Both the position numbers and the translations under genes were made by a program. The notes under the pieces are model-generated. The model did not search any database and was not told the origin of the DNA. It was given only the letters and a program-made list of their open reading frames with translations. A stretch of 56,684 nt of DNA, counting the filler, from Catajapyx aquilonaris (lineage: Eukaryota): assembly GCA_000934665.2 (NCBI GenBank). It is 2 parts of 2 records of this genome, joined end to end, with 100 filler letters (N's around TTAATTAATTAA, not from the genome) between each part and the next. Parts side by side here need not be neighbours in the genome. Positions count along the whole stretch, not along the records: positions 1 to 28,309 come from JYFJ02004937.1; positions 28,410 to 56,684 come from JYFJ02004938.1. One strand, 5' to 3'. Positions 21,401 to 33,922 of the stretch are shown piece after piece (position 1 is the first letter of the stretch; every line of letters begins with the position of its first letter).

Positions 21401-24400
21401 GAATACGTGACATCTGCAGTGATTACCACTTCTCATGCTGGTCTAGTCTTATTGTTCTTTCATTTGGTTCAATCGCCCCTCGTAAATGATATCTGACCGC
21501 TGTCTTTGGCGGTCACTATCGAATGACTGTCGCGAATGGTGGTTTTATAGATCTATACATGGGCTTTAACACGAAAACTGTCGTGGTGAATGTGGAAGAA
21601 GGAGTTATGTTTTCTATTTGCGACATACTCTTTTTGTGAAATTCCCGGCAAATTCGTCAGTGTGTCTGTTACGTGATCTGACATTTGTAGACAACACAAA
21701 CTTGTGCATATATATACTGTATAGTACGATCTAGGTTATTGAGCGTAACCCCTGGCATTATCTCAGCAGTAGTATATACATAGGCGTGTGTACTGCATGG
21801 TTACCGAAATATATACTGTAAATAAAACAAGGGTGCGAAATGGTGAGGTACCCACTGTTAACAATGTAGACATCACTATTAAATATTGATCAATCAATCC
21901 ATAATGATATTACGTGAAGGGAATTACTGTTATAGTTACCTCATAATACAGAAAATTAATGACAAAAACAAATGGCAATTAATGACAAAGAAACTTATGA
22001 GGCAGAACATTTCTTAGAATCTTAAGTAATACGGTATTCAAAATAATGTTACCGGAAACGAATCATCATGCCATATAAGCACCACTATTTCTTTGACGAA
22101 TATTGTGCAGGGTTGGGACGTTGCAACAATTTTTCTTCATTTCCTCACCAACAGACTGCCGTGTCGACGGTAGTAACCATCACACGTACAACATTTTGTG
22201 TCGTGACTTATTCTTCTTGTTTTATGCCATTAAACCATTTCCTGTTGAATTCGTTATTGAGCTGCGAAGATGCGTGTCTACATATTTATTGATGAACGTT
22301 CATTTACCTCTACATTAGTGAAAGATAGCTCTTGGCAATTTCGCACCTTCACTTAAAGTTAGCCTACACTTCGGGTCAACGCAGACCTTGGTTGCAGGAT
22401 AACAGACTAGCATAAACGAATTATCGCGTCAAGATTTAATTGCTATTTTGATAGGCCCACTTGTGCATGCGTATAACTCTGATGTAGAGCCAGAATATAG
22501 TCTGCTGAAATTTTTGTTTAAAAATAATTATGTACCGAAAGAGTAGACTACACATGCCAGAGTTGCTCAGGTTCCACGAATAGCAGTTTTATTACAGTTG
22601 GTAGGCCCGTATTCTTCGTTGCAATTACTTTTTATTACTTTTTGGTTGAAACGTGCCTGTTTGAAAAGTGGTACTGAACAGAGCATCAGTAGTGGAAGAA
22701 GCCTCTTGTGGACGTATATTTTTTTCTCTGCTGAAGTCTCAGGACAATATTATAATAAATAATATTACAGCCGCATGAAACTGTAACTGTGGAATGATAT
22801 ACGGGTAATGTAATTGCCGTTTTTATACCTCATTTGGTAATGCAAGCAGACTCGGTATGCTAGCATATATTAATCTAAATGTTTCAATATCATATCACAC
22901 CTGGACAAAATCACTGCTTTAGAAGGAAAAGTGAGCTCGAATAAATCTGACGGAAACCCTGCCGCGAAGCACTCGCCTATTTCTTAAGTCTGTTATTAGG
23001 AATTGTTACATGCGATTTTTCAAAATGATTGTGGGTGAGATAGTTTTTGATAAGAAGTTCAATAGCTGCACGTAAAGTATGCTCATGTGCGTGACTGGTG
23101 AGCATTAAAAACTCCCCCTTGAATACTAGGACATGTATTTGCCACTTTGATCGAAACGCTATAGTCTACTGGTTGTCCGCGGTCACATTCATAGGAATTG
23201 TCAAATTCTCATTTACGCACTGTGTGTATATGTATTGAAATAAATACTGTATCAGAAAACCGCATCTGATTTTTTGACACAAAAATCGCATACCGGTATA
23301 TCGCAAAATGAAATATCTTAAAGGGATTTTTGATTGATTGATTGATTGATTGATTTGGATATTATCTCAGAAAGGCAAAACGCTTTCATAATTTTATAGC
23401 AGAAAAGTCGTTAATCTCAGGGCAGTACTATGGGGCTCAAATTGTTTTGGCCACTTTATCCTGGTCTTGAAGCAACCCTTCACACACACACTGCTCAACG
23501 TGGGGCCTGTACGAAGGGTTGCTTCAAGACCAGGATAAAGTGGCCAAAACAATTTGAGCCCCACTACGTGATGGAAAAGTTATCAATAGACCCTACATTT
23601 ACCCTGAAAACGGTCGCATGAGTCTTTCACCCACTTTAACCCCTCCCATCTCCATACTCCTTTGCATACTTCATATCGGCATTTTTTTTTCCTCCACGGC
23701 ACGCATAAGTATTTTGTGCGATAGAGTGTGTCAGAATTTTCTCGTCTACGATAATGTACCCACTAGTGGAGAATCGATGAAGCCAAACCAGGCAATGTCA
23801 ACAGTACGTCTACCCTTCCATTCCCGGCAGGGTAATAAATCTCTCAGTCTTCACGAAGCCCGCTAAAAAAAGCCACCAGTGGCTAACAACACGAGTTCAT
23901 CAACGAGGGTCGCCGGGCTCGGTTTCAACGTTCTTCGTAGTTTTTCCCCCAAAGGACCTTCAAGCGCTGCACGCTTCTCCTGGACGAGGGCGGAATACAT
24001 ATCATTTGGCTGGCTCTATAGGCTCATGCAAGACTTTGAGCAATGACGTCACAAAAATAGCCCGCTATTAAATCAAAGCACCCTTATGTAAAGGCACATC
24101 GGTCGGCACGCCAACCGCTTTTTCACCGCCCCCGGTTGTCATCAAAAAAATCCAAGGGAAAAAATAATTAAAATTTGAAGTTCTGGCGTGACCCTGAAAG
24201 ACACTGTTTCCTTAAAAATGGACAGTTTCTTACCTGTAGCCCAATGGATTAGCGAGTGTTTCTCATTGTCCAGGCAATCCAACCGAGCTCCTTTGGAGAT
24301 TAGCAACTTAACGATGGCTTTGTTGCCTGAAATGACCGCCAGATGCAGAGGAGTGTATCCTTCTTCGTCAGCAGCATTCAAGACATCCGGTTCTACGCCA

Positions 24401-24727
24401 ATGACCAATTCCACGCATGTTGGATCCGGATTCTCTGCGCAGTAATGTAAAGCCGTTTTGCCTGTCCTGTCCCGTTCCAGAACCACGCTGCTTGGCTGAA
24501 ATATATCCTGGCCATTAGGCAACCAAAGCGATTAATATGAGGCGTGGGTTGCCTGCAACCCAGGCGCTTACCTTTCTGGACAGGATGCTGCGGACCTTCC
24601 GTTCGTCTGCCTGTTGACATGCGTACATTAGAGGTGTTACTCCTTCGGACTCTACATGGCGCTTTGCTGGCGCCTTCTGTTCCATGGCGGGCGCCGGGTA
24701 TTGGGCGGGAGGCGCCGCCGCCGTCAT
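15491..24727 (-). CDS. Ankyrin-repeat protein, inversin-like (~1045 aa, 12 ANK repeats, polyQ/acidic linker, unrecognised C-terminal domains)
   Basis: Exons 24727-24572, 24495-24234, 20952-20713, 20655-20581, 20471-20273, 20216-19970, 19896-19709, ~19247-18276, 16700-16510, 16370-16149, 15876-15491; phases consistent, total 3138 nt. ANK cores: GVTPLMYA, GKTALHYC, GYTPLHLA, KHSLIHWA, GAYPLHYA, GRQPLLWA, GLTALHCA, GCTALFYA, GRTPAHCG, GDLPLHEA, GRTPLHIS, MMTPLDAA. The exon 8 acceptor is uncertain. No IQ motif was recognised, so orthology to INVS is not claimed. Confidence 0.9.
19100..19152 (-). repeat. CAG/CAA polyglutamine tract in ankyrin exon 8
   Basis: Encodes a run of about ten Q followed by DQQQQGQQ in ORF 18272..19252. 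Confidence 0.85.
23431..23563. mobile_element. ~135-bp MITE with ~51-bp perfect inverted arms in ankyrin intron 2
   Basis: TGGGGCTCAAATTGTTTTGGCCACTTTATCCTGGTCTTGAAGCAACCCTTC / GAAGGGTTGCTTCAAGACCAGGATAAAGTGGCCAAAACAATTTGAGCCCCA. Confidence 0.85.
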
Positions 24728-27700
24728 CTCACTATCCCCTCATCTGGCCCATTTCTGGAAATGTCGAGATGGCATATTATGAGCAGGCATGGTTTTTGAG
24801 GAACAGCAGGGGATGTTCCCAGGTCATCCCATGCCGAGGGCGGACGTTTCCACACGAGAGGAGCCTATGATTCCAGCTCAAGTGACGACGGTGCTCAATC
24901 GAGCAAATTTGCAGACAGTCATAATTAGTCTTGGGAGTACTTCACCTCGACATGCAAACCATCTACGCCCGGACTGAGAGGGGAGTTAAAAAAACAAAAA
25001 AAAAAACAAGCCGATGCTATGCAGTCACGTAGACACGTTCCGTGAATAGGACCGTATCACCATAGCAGGCTGATGTGCAGGATAAGGTGTATTTATATCT
25101 TCTGCGGGACTTCTAGGAATTGAGAGGCTTCTGAATTTCGAATATCTATTGAAGAGCCGTGGATGTGGTTTCCCTCATTTATAGTCTGATTTAAGTGTGC
25201 GAATTATTACTCAGCAATGACGTCGCGTGGTTTGGAAAAGGTCATTATTAAAATGATGTTTCTCAGCTCTCCAACAATATAATGAGACCATTATTTCTTG
25301 AAACTGGAACACTGCAGAATCTACCATAGTATCTCTTACGTATAAAATAAATTATCATCAATAATAGGTTCGCCATCATTTGCTGGCTTATGGGATATCA
25401 CTGACAAAACTGGTGCTGCCTTCTCTTATTTGCGACTCGCAGGAATATATTGTTTCAATAAAAGGGTCCCAATGTGAGACACAGACATTCACGAAAATGC
25501 GATTTAGATAAATCAATCCATCCGCCAAAAAAGGTAATGACGGTATAGGTGTGACAGCCATGTGTAAAGTACTAACTGAATGAATGCTACATTATTCCAG
25601 GTACAGAAACTTTATAATTAAAAGTCATGAGAAAGCAGATCACCGCTTTATTTATTTCCTTTATGTGATGTTTTGCTTCGGTGTACAGTACATTGTAAAA
25701 CTTGCACATAATCCGACTTGTACTTGTATACAGTACCCCATATAAGGAGAGCCAAAATACTGTATATTTGTGTCACAAATGGAAGAAGTGAGATGAACGC
25801 GAAGATATAAATGCGAATACACTTATCTTTTAAATGGTTTTTACTACACTAGTTAATCACCTATTAGATTTCATTCTCTGTGTCGAATAAGCTGGGGGTT
25901 GTATGTCTTGTAATAGACAGTAGTATACATGTGTATGTAGTAAATACTTATTCGAGTTTTTATCTGTGCCTTGAGAGTCTTTAAAACGCATTGTTCCAGA
26001 TCCAGGCGCAACAATTTTTTTATATAGACAATCGTCCTATTTGAGCCTTTTTTTGTGTCTTATCTTAGTTTTTATCAAGCCCCTCAGTTATAGCCAAATT
26101 AATGTCTTTTTCATGCGGTTCACTGCCTACACGAAAAACTGCACAAGATTACTAACTTGAGGCTACATAGTGAATTTTTTTTTCATAACTCACAAGTGAT
26201 CAATACGTGGCCAACATGCCACAGTGACCTCTCCACATGACCAATGGCATAAAATATAATAAAAGTGGGCGCGCCCTGCTCCATAATATATTGGACCAAC
26301 ATAAAATAAATAGAATTTTTAAGGTCACAAGAATTCTGTTAAGCCTAACAGAAATCGATCCCTATACAATTGACATGTAATTACAAAATAATAGTTGTGT
26401 TTGTCTCCTATTTTTTGGGTTTAAAGTACAGGGTGTGTGCACATGTATCACCCCTCTTCCCTGGTTCTTACAACCCATGAATTTGAGTCGCAATAGTACA
26501 GGTGCATTATAGAAAAGGGGGGAGTTTGGTCTCATTATAGGTAGCTTGCGTGATTAGGAGCCCTTGGCCTTCGAAACCGGAAGCTGAGTTTGTGGAGGCG
26601 TCGGCCACCTCCATGTATTATTCAGGGGGGAGAAACATACCCCCATTTTCACCTCCGACTGTCCAAGTTGTACAGTCATCTTTTGGATACCCAGATGATT
26701 CAAGGGTATCCGCAATGTTAGCTTGTGGTTATTGAAGAGACAGACATTACTGCGGCACACACGCACCTGCTGCCCTCCAAGGAGGAGGCCCTCCTTTTAG
26801 TTCCTTTCTGCCAATCGATGACCACAGGTAAAATCTGGCCCATCGATCGGCCGCGTGTGGGAAAGAAACGCCACAATCTCACGACTACCGTTATCACATG
26901 CTAATCCCAGTGTGCGTTGCTTAACACCACTTAGTTCTGCTGGACTTGAGATGTGGCTAAAGTCGTGCGTGTTTCTTATGTGATGTATGTGAATATGGTG
27001 AAAGTATTACTCAGATATGCAATATTTTGGCTGCAGGATGGGCAGTCATTGGAATAAATAAACTCTTAATTTAACTCATTCTTTTACAAAAAAAAGTTTT
27101 TTTAAACAAAAGTTTAGTGCAGTAATATCCGATGAATATGGCTTTTGGGAGCAATAAACAACAGGCGGAACAGGAAGTGTCTACACTTGACATTGAAACT
27201 TGTCAAGCTTTATTACTAAATTGCATGGGAAGTCGACTGCAGTACAAGTCTTGTGCAATTACCAGATTTTCATTTTTGAATTTTCCTTATTTTGTGAAAG
27301 TCAGAAACACCCTGGCACGGCTCTAAAATTATTAGAAAAAAAAATGTATCAGGTGAACTTGGTGGACCCATAGAGCGACACACAATGAGGTTGGAGCTAC
27401 TGCTCTACATCTAGGTATCAGAAATGAGCTCTCTTTCAAGGTTGAGGTCCCCTCAATTATTCACATGCCTAGTCGATATTTAGGTTTCGCCTTTATTGGT
27501 ATTAGACCCGGGACACTGTGTAATGAGGGAATGGCCCCATTCGACCTTCCTAGGGGGCGCTCCTCACAAAAGGTGGCTATTCCAAGGCCCTCCCACGGCA
27601 AAATATAGGTGTCAAAAATGATTATTTTTTTTTCGTACACTCACGCTATTTCTGTGAAATTTCACTATACTGCACTTTCCTCATAATATATTATGCACGA

Positions 27701-28309
27701 GTAATGCGGTGTAGATGCGTCATGGGGAAAGGACCTCTTCCAGGAGAGTTTCTTTTACTCCAACAGCCATAATTTTAATGGAAGTTGTTATTATTTGTTA
27801 ATAATGGGAGATAAAAAGTTAAACTCAGTGTTGTCCTATCGATTCAGGTATTGCGAAAATCCACATTTTAAATGGTAAATTTTGCGATTTTCCACTTTAA
27901 AATCGCGACTGAAGGCTCAAGGAAAAGTAGATAATACGGTAATAATAATTATTATTGGGTGATTCTCCAAAAACTTACCAATACCATGTCCCGGCATAAT
28001 AACTAAAAAATGGCTTGACTGACAGAGTTGATATTTTAAACATTTGTAGAAGCAGTTGACACCTAGCCATCCCCATGAAAACAAATAAAAATATTAAATT
28101 TAGTTTCACTGCAAAAAATGTCAAAGGGCCTAAAATCACTATTCTTGGCATGTCCCGATCTCATTTTAAAGCATGCTATATTTTCTTACAATTTTATGAA
28201 TAACATTAGACTAGTTTCAGTACTATAATTAAATTGTACATAGTTGAAGGTATAAAACAACATTTTTAAAACGATTTATTAATTTCACGTGACCTTGCTG
28301 CATCACTCC

Positions 28310-28409
28310 NNNNNNNNNNNNNNNNNNNNNNNNNNNNNNNNNNNNNNNNNNNNTTAATTAATTAANNNNNNNNNNNNNNNNNNNNNNNNNNNNNNNNNNN
28401 NNNNNNNNN
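28310..28409. other. Artificial 100-bp assembly spacer (N44 + six-frame stop linker TTAATTAATTAA + N44)
   Basis: Exactly 44 N, then TTAATTAATTAA at 28354-28365, then 44 N. The 12-mer is palindromic and gives TAA in all six frames. Confidence 0.93.
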
Positions 28410-31400
28410 ATCTGCAGCAGCCTCCTCCCTTCCGATGATGGATGGTCACATTTCGTAGAGCCGTAGACAGTCTCCAGTCTCCGTAGACAGTGTCCTGCAG
28501 GCCCTGCCAATAACCGTTCGAGTATTGTGATTTTGCAGTACAAATTGGACATTGCAGTATTGACTTAATAGACAGTGAAATTCCACAGAAGGAAACACTC
28601 CGTTGATCAGTTATCCTTGGAATGTTCAGAGCCTGGCTGCGCTTCATCTCCTGGTTGGCCGTGCTGACCCGCAGTTGTCCAGCAGGAGACACGGGAGCTA
28701 GTGTTGTCATCTGATCAGAAGGTACGGCTGGCCCTAGCTGCCGACAGAATGATGCACCAGCTACATGGTGACACTCCGTCTGATGCGCACGCTATCCAGC
28801 AGGTCAGCTGGACTGCCAATGAAGACCGTTGTCTCCCTCCTCCCAGGTGCCAGCTAGCACATCATTGGTGGCTCCAGGTATGAAGATGGAAAATTAAAAG
28901 GGCAATCAAGTTAGCAGTACATATGATGTTATCAACTAATAGCCAAGGTAACACGTGATGGGTGATTGTCCAGAAGAAACAGGCCGCAATAATTAATGAT
29001 TGCTTCCAACTTAGAATGATGCAACTTCCAAAGGCATGTGATGTCCCACTCATTTAAAGCAATTAAATTAGCACAAGGGAATTTGCAAATACAAATCAAC
29101 CCATTGTGGCTCTTATGACATCATTAGGCAAATTTCTAATTAGCTGTGGATACTTTTATAAAATAATGCGACACTTGCTCACCAGATCTAATTTGTAATG
29201 GCCCCAGAACATCGTGATGTTGGATGGCGCGAAGAAAGACTGCTGACCTCAGGTGATGTAGGAATGATGTTTCCGCGTGCCACTGCTGACTGTTTGAAAT
29301 CTGTCTCAAAGTCAGGCTCCTATGAGGCCAGCAGCACGTTTTTGACACAGTATATAGAGAAGGACCACAGATGAGTCCATCCTCCATGGTCTTTCCTGCA
29401 GTTATTGAATGCCCATGCCTGATCCAGTCCTCAAAAACGAAGTCCTCATTCCCATCCTCCAAGTTTTCCTTTGCCGTCATCTGAAGAGAGGGTTGCCATC
29501 CTGTAACTCTGGTCGACATCTGACTATACAGTCAAGTCATCCCTGAAAGAAAAGTTCTTGGTAGGAAATGTTCTGCAGGGTAACTAATGAGAAACCTGAA
29601 TGGCCTCCATCTCAGTCTGCACCCCTACTCAGTCTACTGGTCTTTTGTCTGCAGTGACGGCAGGCAGGTTATTGAGTCGCATCCATACCAAGGTGTGGCG
29701 AAGCCTGCGCAGGGTTGGCTACGACTTCACAAGGCTGTATGGGATGAACATCAGGTGTGAAATGGGCTCCGCTTCATATTTGCCACTGTGTACAGCTGGT
29801 TAAATTGTGGTCCACTTCAGCAGAACCCTAGCACAGTGAGGCTGGAGCCAAATTAATGCATGTTCAGCAGTGAGGCTGGAGCCAAATTAAAACAAATCTT
29901 AAAACACAAATCCACCCATTGTTGCAAATTATGGGGAATCATCATGCAAGTTCCCAATTATTATTATTAGCTCTGGCTATGCTTATAAATGCGACTTTTG
30001 CGCACCCGATCTCATTATTTTGTAGTGTCCGAACTCCGAAGAACAATGTGACGTTGGATGGCCCGAATAAAGACTCATGACCTCAGGTGTTCCCGAGTGC
30101 TACAGCTGATTGCTTGAACGCGGTCTCAAGGGCAGGCCCCCATGAAGGCAGCAGCACCTCGGCGTAGAAGAGTCGGACCATCAACATCCCACTTGTAATT
30201 GCGCACCATATGCAAAAAGGAACAATTAGTAAAATGTAATGTGCCAAACCACAATAAGTAAAGGCGAGTGCATTCCCCATGTTGTAAACGAGCGCAACCT
30301 TCAATTAAATGGAGAAACCAATTCAAAAATTGTCGTAAAACAAACTCGAGGCCTTAATTATTTAATGCAACAATTACTTCATTACATCAATTATTGTTGA
30401 AATTATAATGTGGAATGGAAATGCAATGTTTCCATGACTGTCCAAAAATTTTGCAGCACTTTACTAAGACTGGGGAAGTCTCCCAAAAACAAGATCATTT
30501 TACGCCATGAAGCTAGAAATTAACTGCAATTCAATTTCATAAGATTTATCAAATGTAAAACTTACTATTTACAAATCTCACGCCAATGCCAGACGGTAGA
30601 GGCACCTCATTTTTGCACCAATGCATTTTGATAAACCGCCAATTGTCTAAGAATGCGTGTGCATGTCACTAGCTTACCATTACTGTAATTTACAAGTAAA
30701 ATTGCATTACATTATCACCATCCTAGTGTTATCACCATCCTAGACTAGAACTCCGCAATTAGAGAAAGAATGGGTCAATACCTCTGGTCATTGTCAACAT
30801 CACGGCCCAGGCAAATCGCCGCCAGCTGTTCCCACTGCCTTGACTGCAGGGAAGACTCACTGTTGGCATGGCTGGATGCCAGGCAAGCATCTCGATCCAG
30901 TCTGGACATGAGGTGGGGGATGACACAGTGACCCTTGACCTCTCCAGCCAGCCCTCTCCCACCTTCCACTTCCATTAAAATCAATTGCCTATTATTACTG
31001 GGATATCTGCAATGCAAGTATCAGGTTCAGGTGATGTCCATGATGCGTCAAACAGCCAAGATATTTCCTCCCAATCAATCCAATGCGGCCATCCCCCTGA
31101 AATTGATCAGCACCAGATCAAACTGCAAAAACCACGTTCGCAATCCCTTCAAATCTCCAGCAATAATCAAGCAGGCCAAATAAAAAGCCAAGTCCTTTCC
31201 TGCAGCGTCCTGCAACTGATAACAATTAGAAGGGATAATTACCGTAGACAGGAGTCATCAAACTGGGGGAGCAAAGTGGGGCGACCTCAGGTTTGCAAAC
31301 CTCGATTAGTATTCACCAAACAGCTCGTGAAACACAAACCACACGTCACCATCACCACACTTTACAATGATCCATCCATACTGGCCCCAGGGCGAACACC

Positions 31401-33618
31401 ACCACTCGTAAAATCCATCTTTCGTAAAAACCACTCCTAAAATCCTTCGCTGCCTCATTCCCTGTCAAATCCTCCTCTGGTCCCTGTAGTGTTCAGGTCA
31501 AGGGTAGTCCGAGAGACTGAGGCAGATAAGAAGCTGTCCAAGTTCGTTCTTATCATCCGAGGGGTGGGTCTAGCTGAGAGGCGAATTGGATTGGCTGGAA
31601 TTTATGCTTGTATGCATATCAGATGGGGTCACGTGTTTATTCCTGCCCTCTCTGGCGCGTGCCTGTCTAATGACCCCTGGATGGAGTGACTTTCGTCCTT
31701 ACCCAAATCGAGGCCAATTCGTCTTCCTGGCCTTATTAGCCAATAATAATTATTATTGCATTTATGTACGTCAATATTGCCGAGATGAAGGTAAATTTGA
31801 GAAAAATGAGCGCGAAAAATGTTGTCATTTGACTGGACGCAATCGCGCAAACAGTGAATAATTAAAATAGTGTGTCTCGTTACTTAATTCCATAGGTCTC
31901 TGAAATCCCGTCTCCACACACAATGCCGAATTGGAAATACTGTCGGTTATTATAATTGTCTACATATAAATGCTGTACAAGCATATTGTGAGCTGTCAAA
32001 TTGGAAGCAGGTAACGAGACAAAGTCGACTTTTTTTGTACGCCCTAGGTGGGGTTTGAAATAGTATTTCTTGCATTCCTCGACAATAAAAAAGATTTAAA
32101 TATCCTCGGTAATGACTAGCAAACGGAAAATTACAATAAGGTGAGTCACAAGATTACTGCCCTTTTTGATCGGCGGGATTTATTTTATTGCATTTTGTTT
32201 AACTTTCATTGCTCTGTATGCAATATTAGCATACGTTGTAATGAAATGCAAAAAAAAGTACTTGCAAATGCAGAGAGGATGTCGTCTTCCAGCTTCGCTC
32301 CAACGATATTTGGCGCGAATATTTTCCAAAAGGATTATTATAATTAATTATAGCATCCGGCATTTCCCCAACCATACCAGACTATAGACGCAAAAGGACC
32401 CTGTCAGCCTTGCCAAAACCCACTCAACAACGTCCGTTAAGTTGCCCCCCCCCCCATCACAAATTGCATTTAAAAAAATGGCAATGGTTAGTCAACAAAA
32501 CACCATAGCCGACCCAAGTGTTTCACATTATGCTAAAAATAACTTACGGGCATATCAGACTTGACGCGTCATTATCGTGATGAAATGGGCAAAAAAACGC
32601 ACAATTTCGACACGTAACTCGGCGTTTTATTTGCACTACGCCTTTGCTTGGAAATCCTTTCGTAATTAAGTAGGCCTAACTCGAATCCAGGTAGCTACAT
32701 TGAAGAGCACTCTACAAGAATTCCATGGCGTTGTACTGTAACTGGGAATTAGCAAGCGCACAATGACACGTATGAAATAAAATGTCAACTCATATGCCAC
32801 TGTAATCACTTCTTAATTATGTCTGCCGCGGACTGGGTTATTTCCAGGAGTAATTATGGATCCTACCAAAAATGAAATTAGCATAATGTACCAGAACTAT
32901 ACCAAAGGAAGAATCCGCGCAGAGTTTGGTGCTCCCATCCAACCTGTCTCCTTGACCTTGTTAAAGGCCTGTGCTGGGCACAGCCATCACGGTCGCACAT
33001 GCACTAATTGACAGTTTAATTCTGACTGAGTCTTTCCTACTTCTTGGCCGACATGGTCCTGGCTGCGGTTAGTAAGTTACTCATTGCAACATATGCATAA
33101 TTACACGGCCACATACCCATTCCCAGAAGGCATTATGCAAAGCTTGTTTCCTTGTTACCAGTTGGTACCACATAATATTATATTATCAATCAATAACGTA
33201 TGGGCCATACAAAGCCAACTGGTTGCTGCTGTCGTCACCTGGGCGTCTTCCTACACCTTTCTCTCCTACGAAAAGATCGGCCCCGCCGCCTAACGTGCGC
33301 CTAATTAACAAAATAAAGTCGATCAATTACCGCCAACCACGCTCGTCGCTGCTCACCTGTTTTGGAATGGCTGCATTCGGGTGGCTGACAAAGGCAAGGA
33401 CGCACTTACGCGCTATTGAATGTAACTGCTACGTCAGTCACTGCTACTCGCTGCTGTAACAAAATGTGATGGAAACTATTTGATCGACATATTACATTGT
33501 TTGCTATATTATATCAGAATATATTAGTGATAATTTGACTGTTATAAAATTTTGTTCGCAGTGGTTACATTATACAATCACGTAATAGTTGCGTAACTTT
33601 TATGTAACACAAGTAATA

Positions 33619-33813
33619 CAGTCGAAACGCCATATATATTAATATAACAGAGTTCAAGGGACCACGGAAATCAGTCTGCTACAGCCGAGGTCTGTTATAG
33701 GCTTTATAGCCAAATACAAAGGCTATGTATGGAAGTATGGCAGGACACACCTTTTGAGTCTCCTATAAGCGAGAATCTGTTATAGCCGAGGTTGTTACAT
33801 CCGGAGTCAACTG
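33619..33813. mobile_element. Degenerate pogo/Tigger-like (Tc1/mariner) MITE
   Basis: TA-CAGTCGAAAC ... GAGTCAACTG-TA, with internal repeats of TCTGTTATAGCCGAGG and an internal CAAGGGACC typical of these MITEs. Confidence 0.65.
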
Positions 33814-33852
33814 TATAATTTGTAGTATATTTGTTGTTGTTGTTGTTATGTA

Positions 33853-33922
33853 GTATATTAGTTACATATTTATGTAATATCAGCATATTAGTTACATATT
33901 TATGTAATATCAGCATATTTGT
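33853..33922. repeat. Short tandem repeat, 30-bp unit x ~2.3
   Basis: ATATTAGTTACATATTTATGTAATATCAGC repeated. Confidence 0.8.

Noticed and set aside
21323..21413. 91-nt exon-like segment in ankyrin intron 2 with good AG/GT sites
   Set aside because: It would shift the frame within the ANK array and has no ANK similarity; not supportable without transcripts.
27330..28309. Transposon-like non-coding sequence left of the gap
   Set aside because: No TIR pair, TSD or ORF could be identified, so it was left unannotated.
29864..29945. Minus-strand ATGATGA...CTGA resembling a C/D snoRNA
   Set aside because: The terminal stem is weak, and the would-be guide is a local 23-bp duplication with no rRNA target I can recognise.
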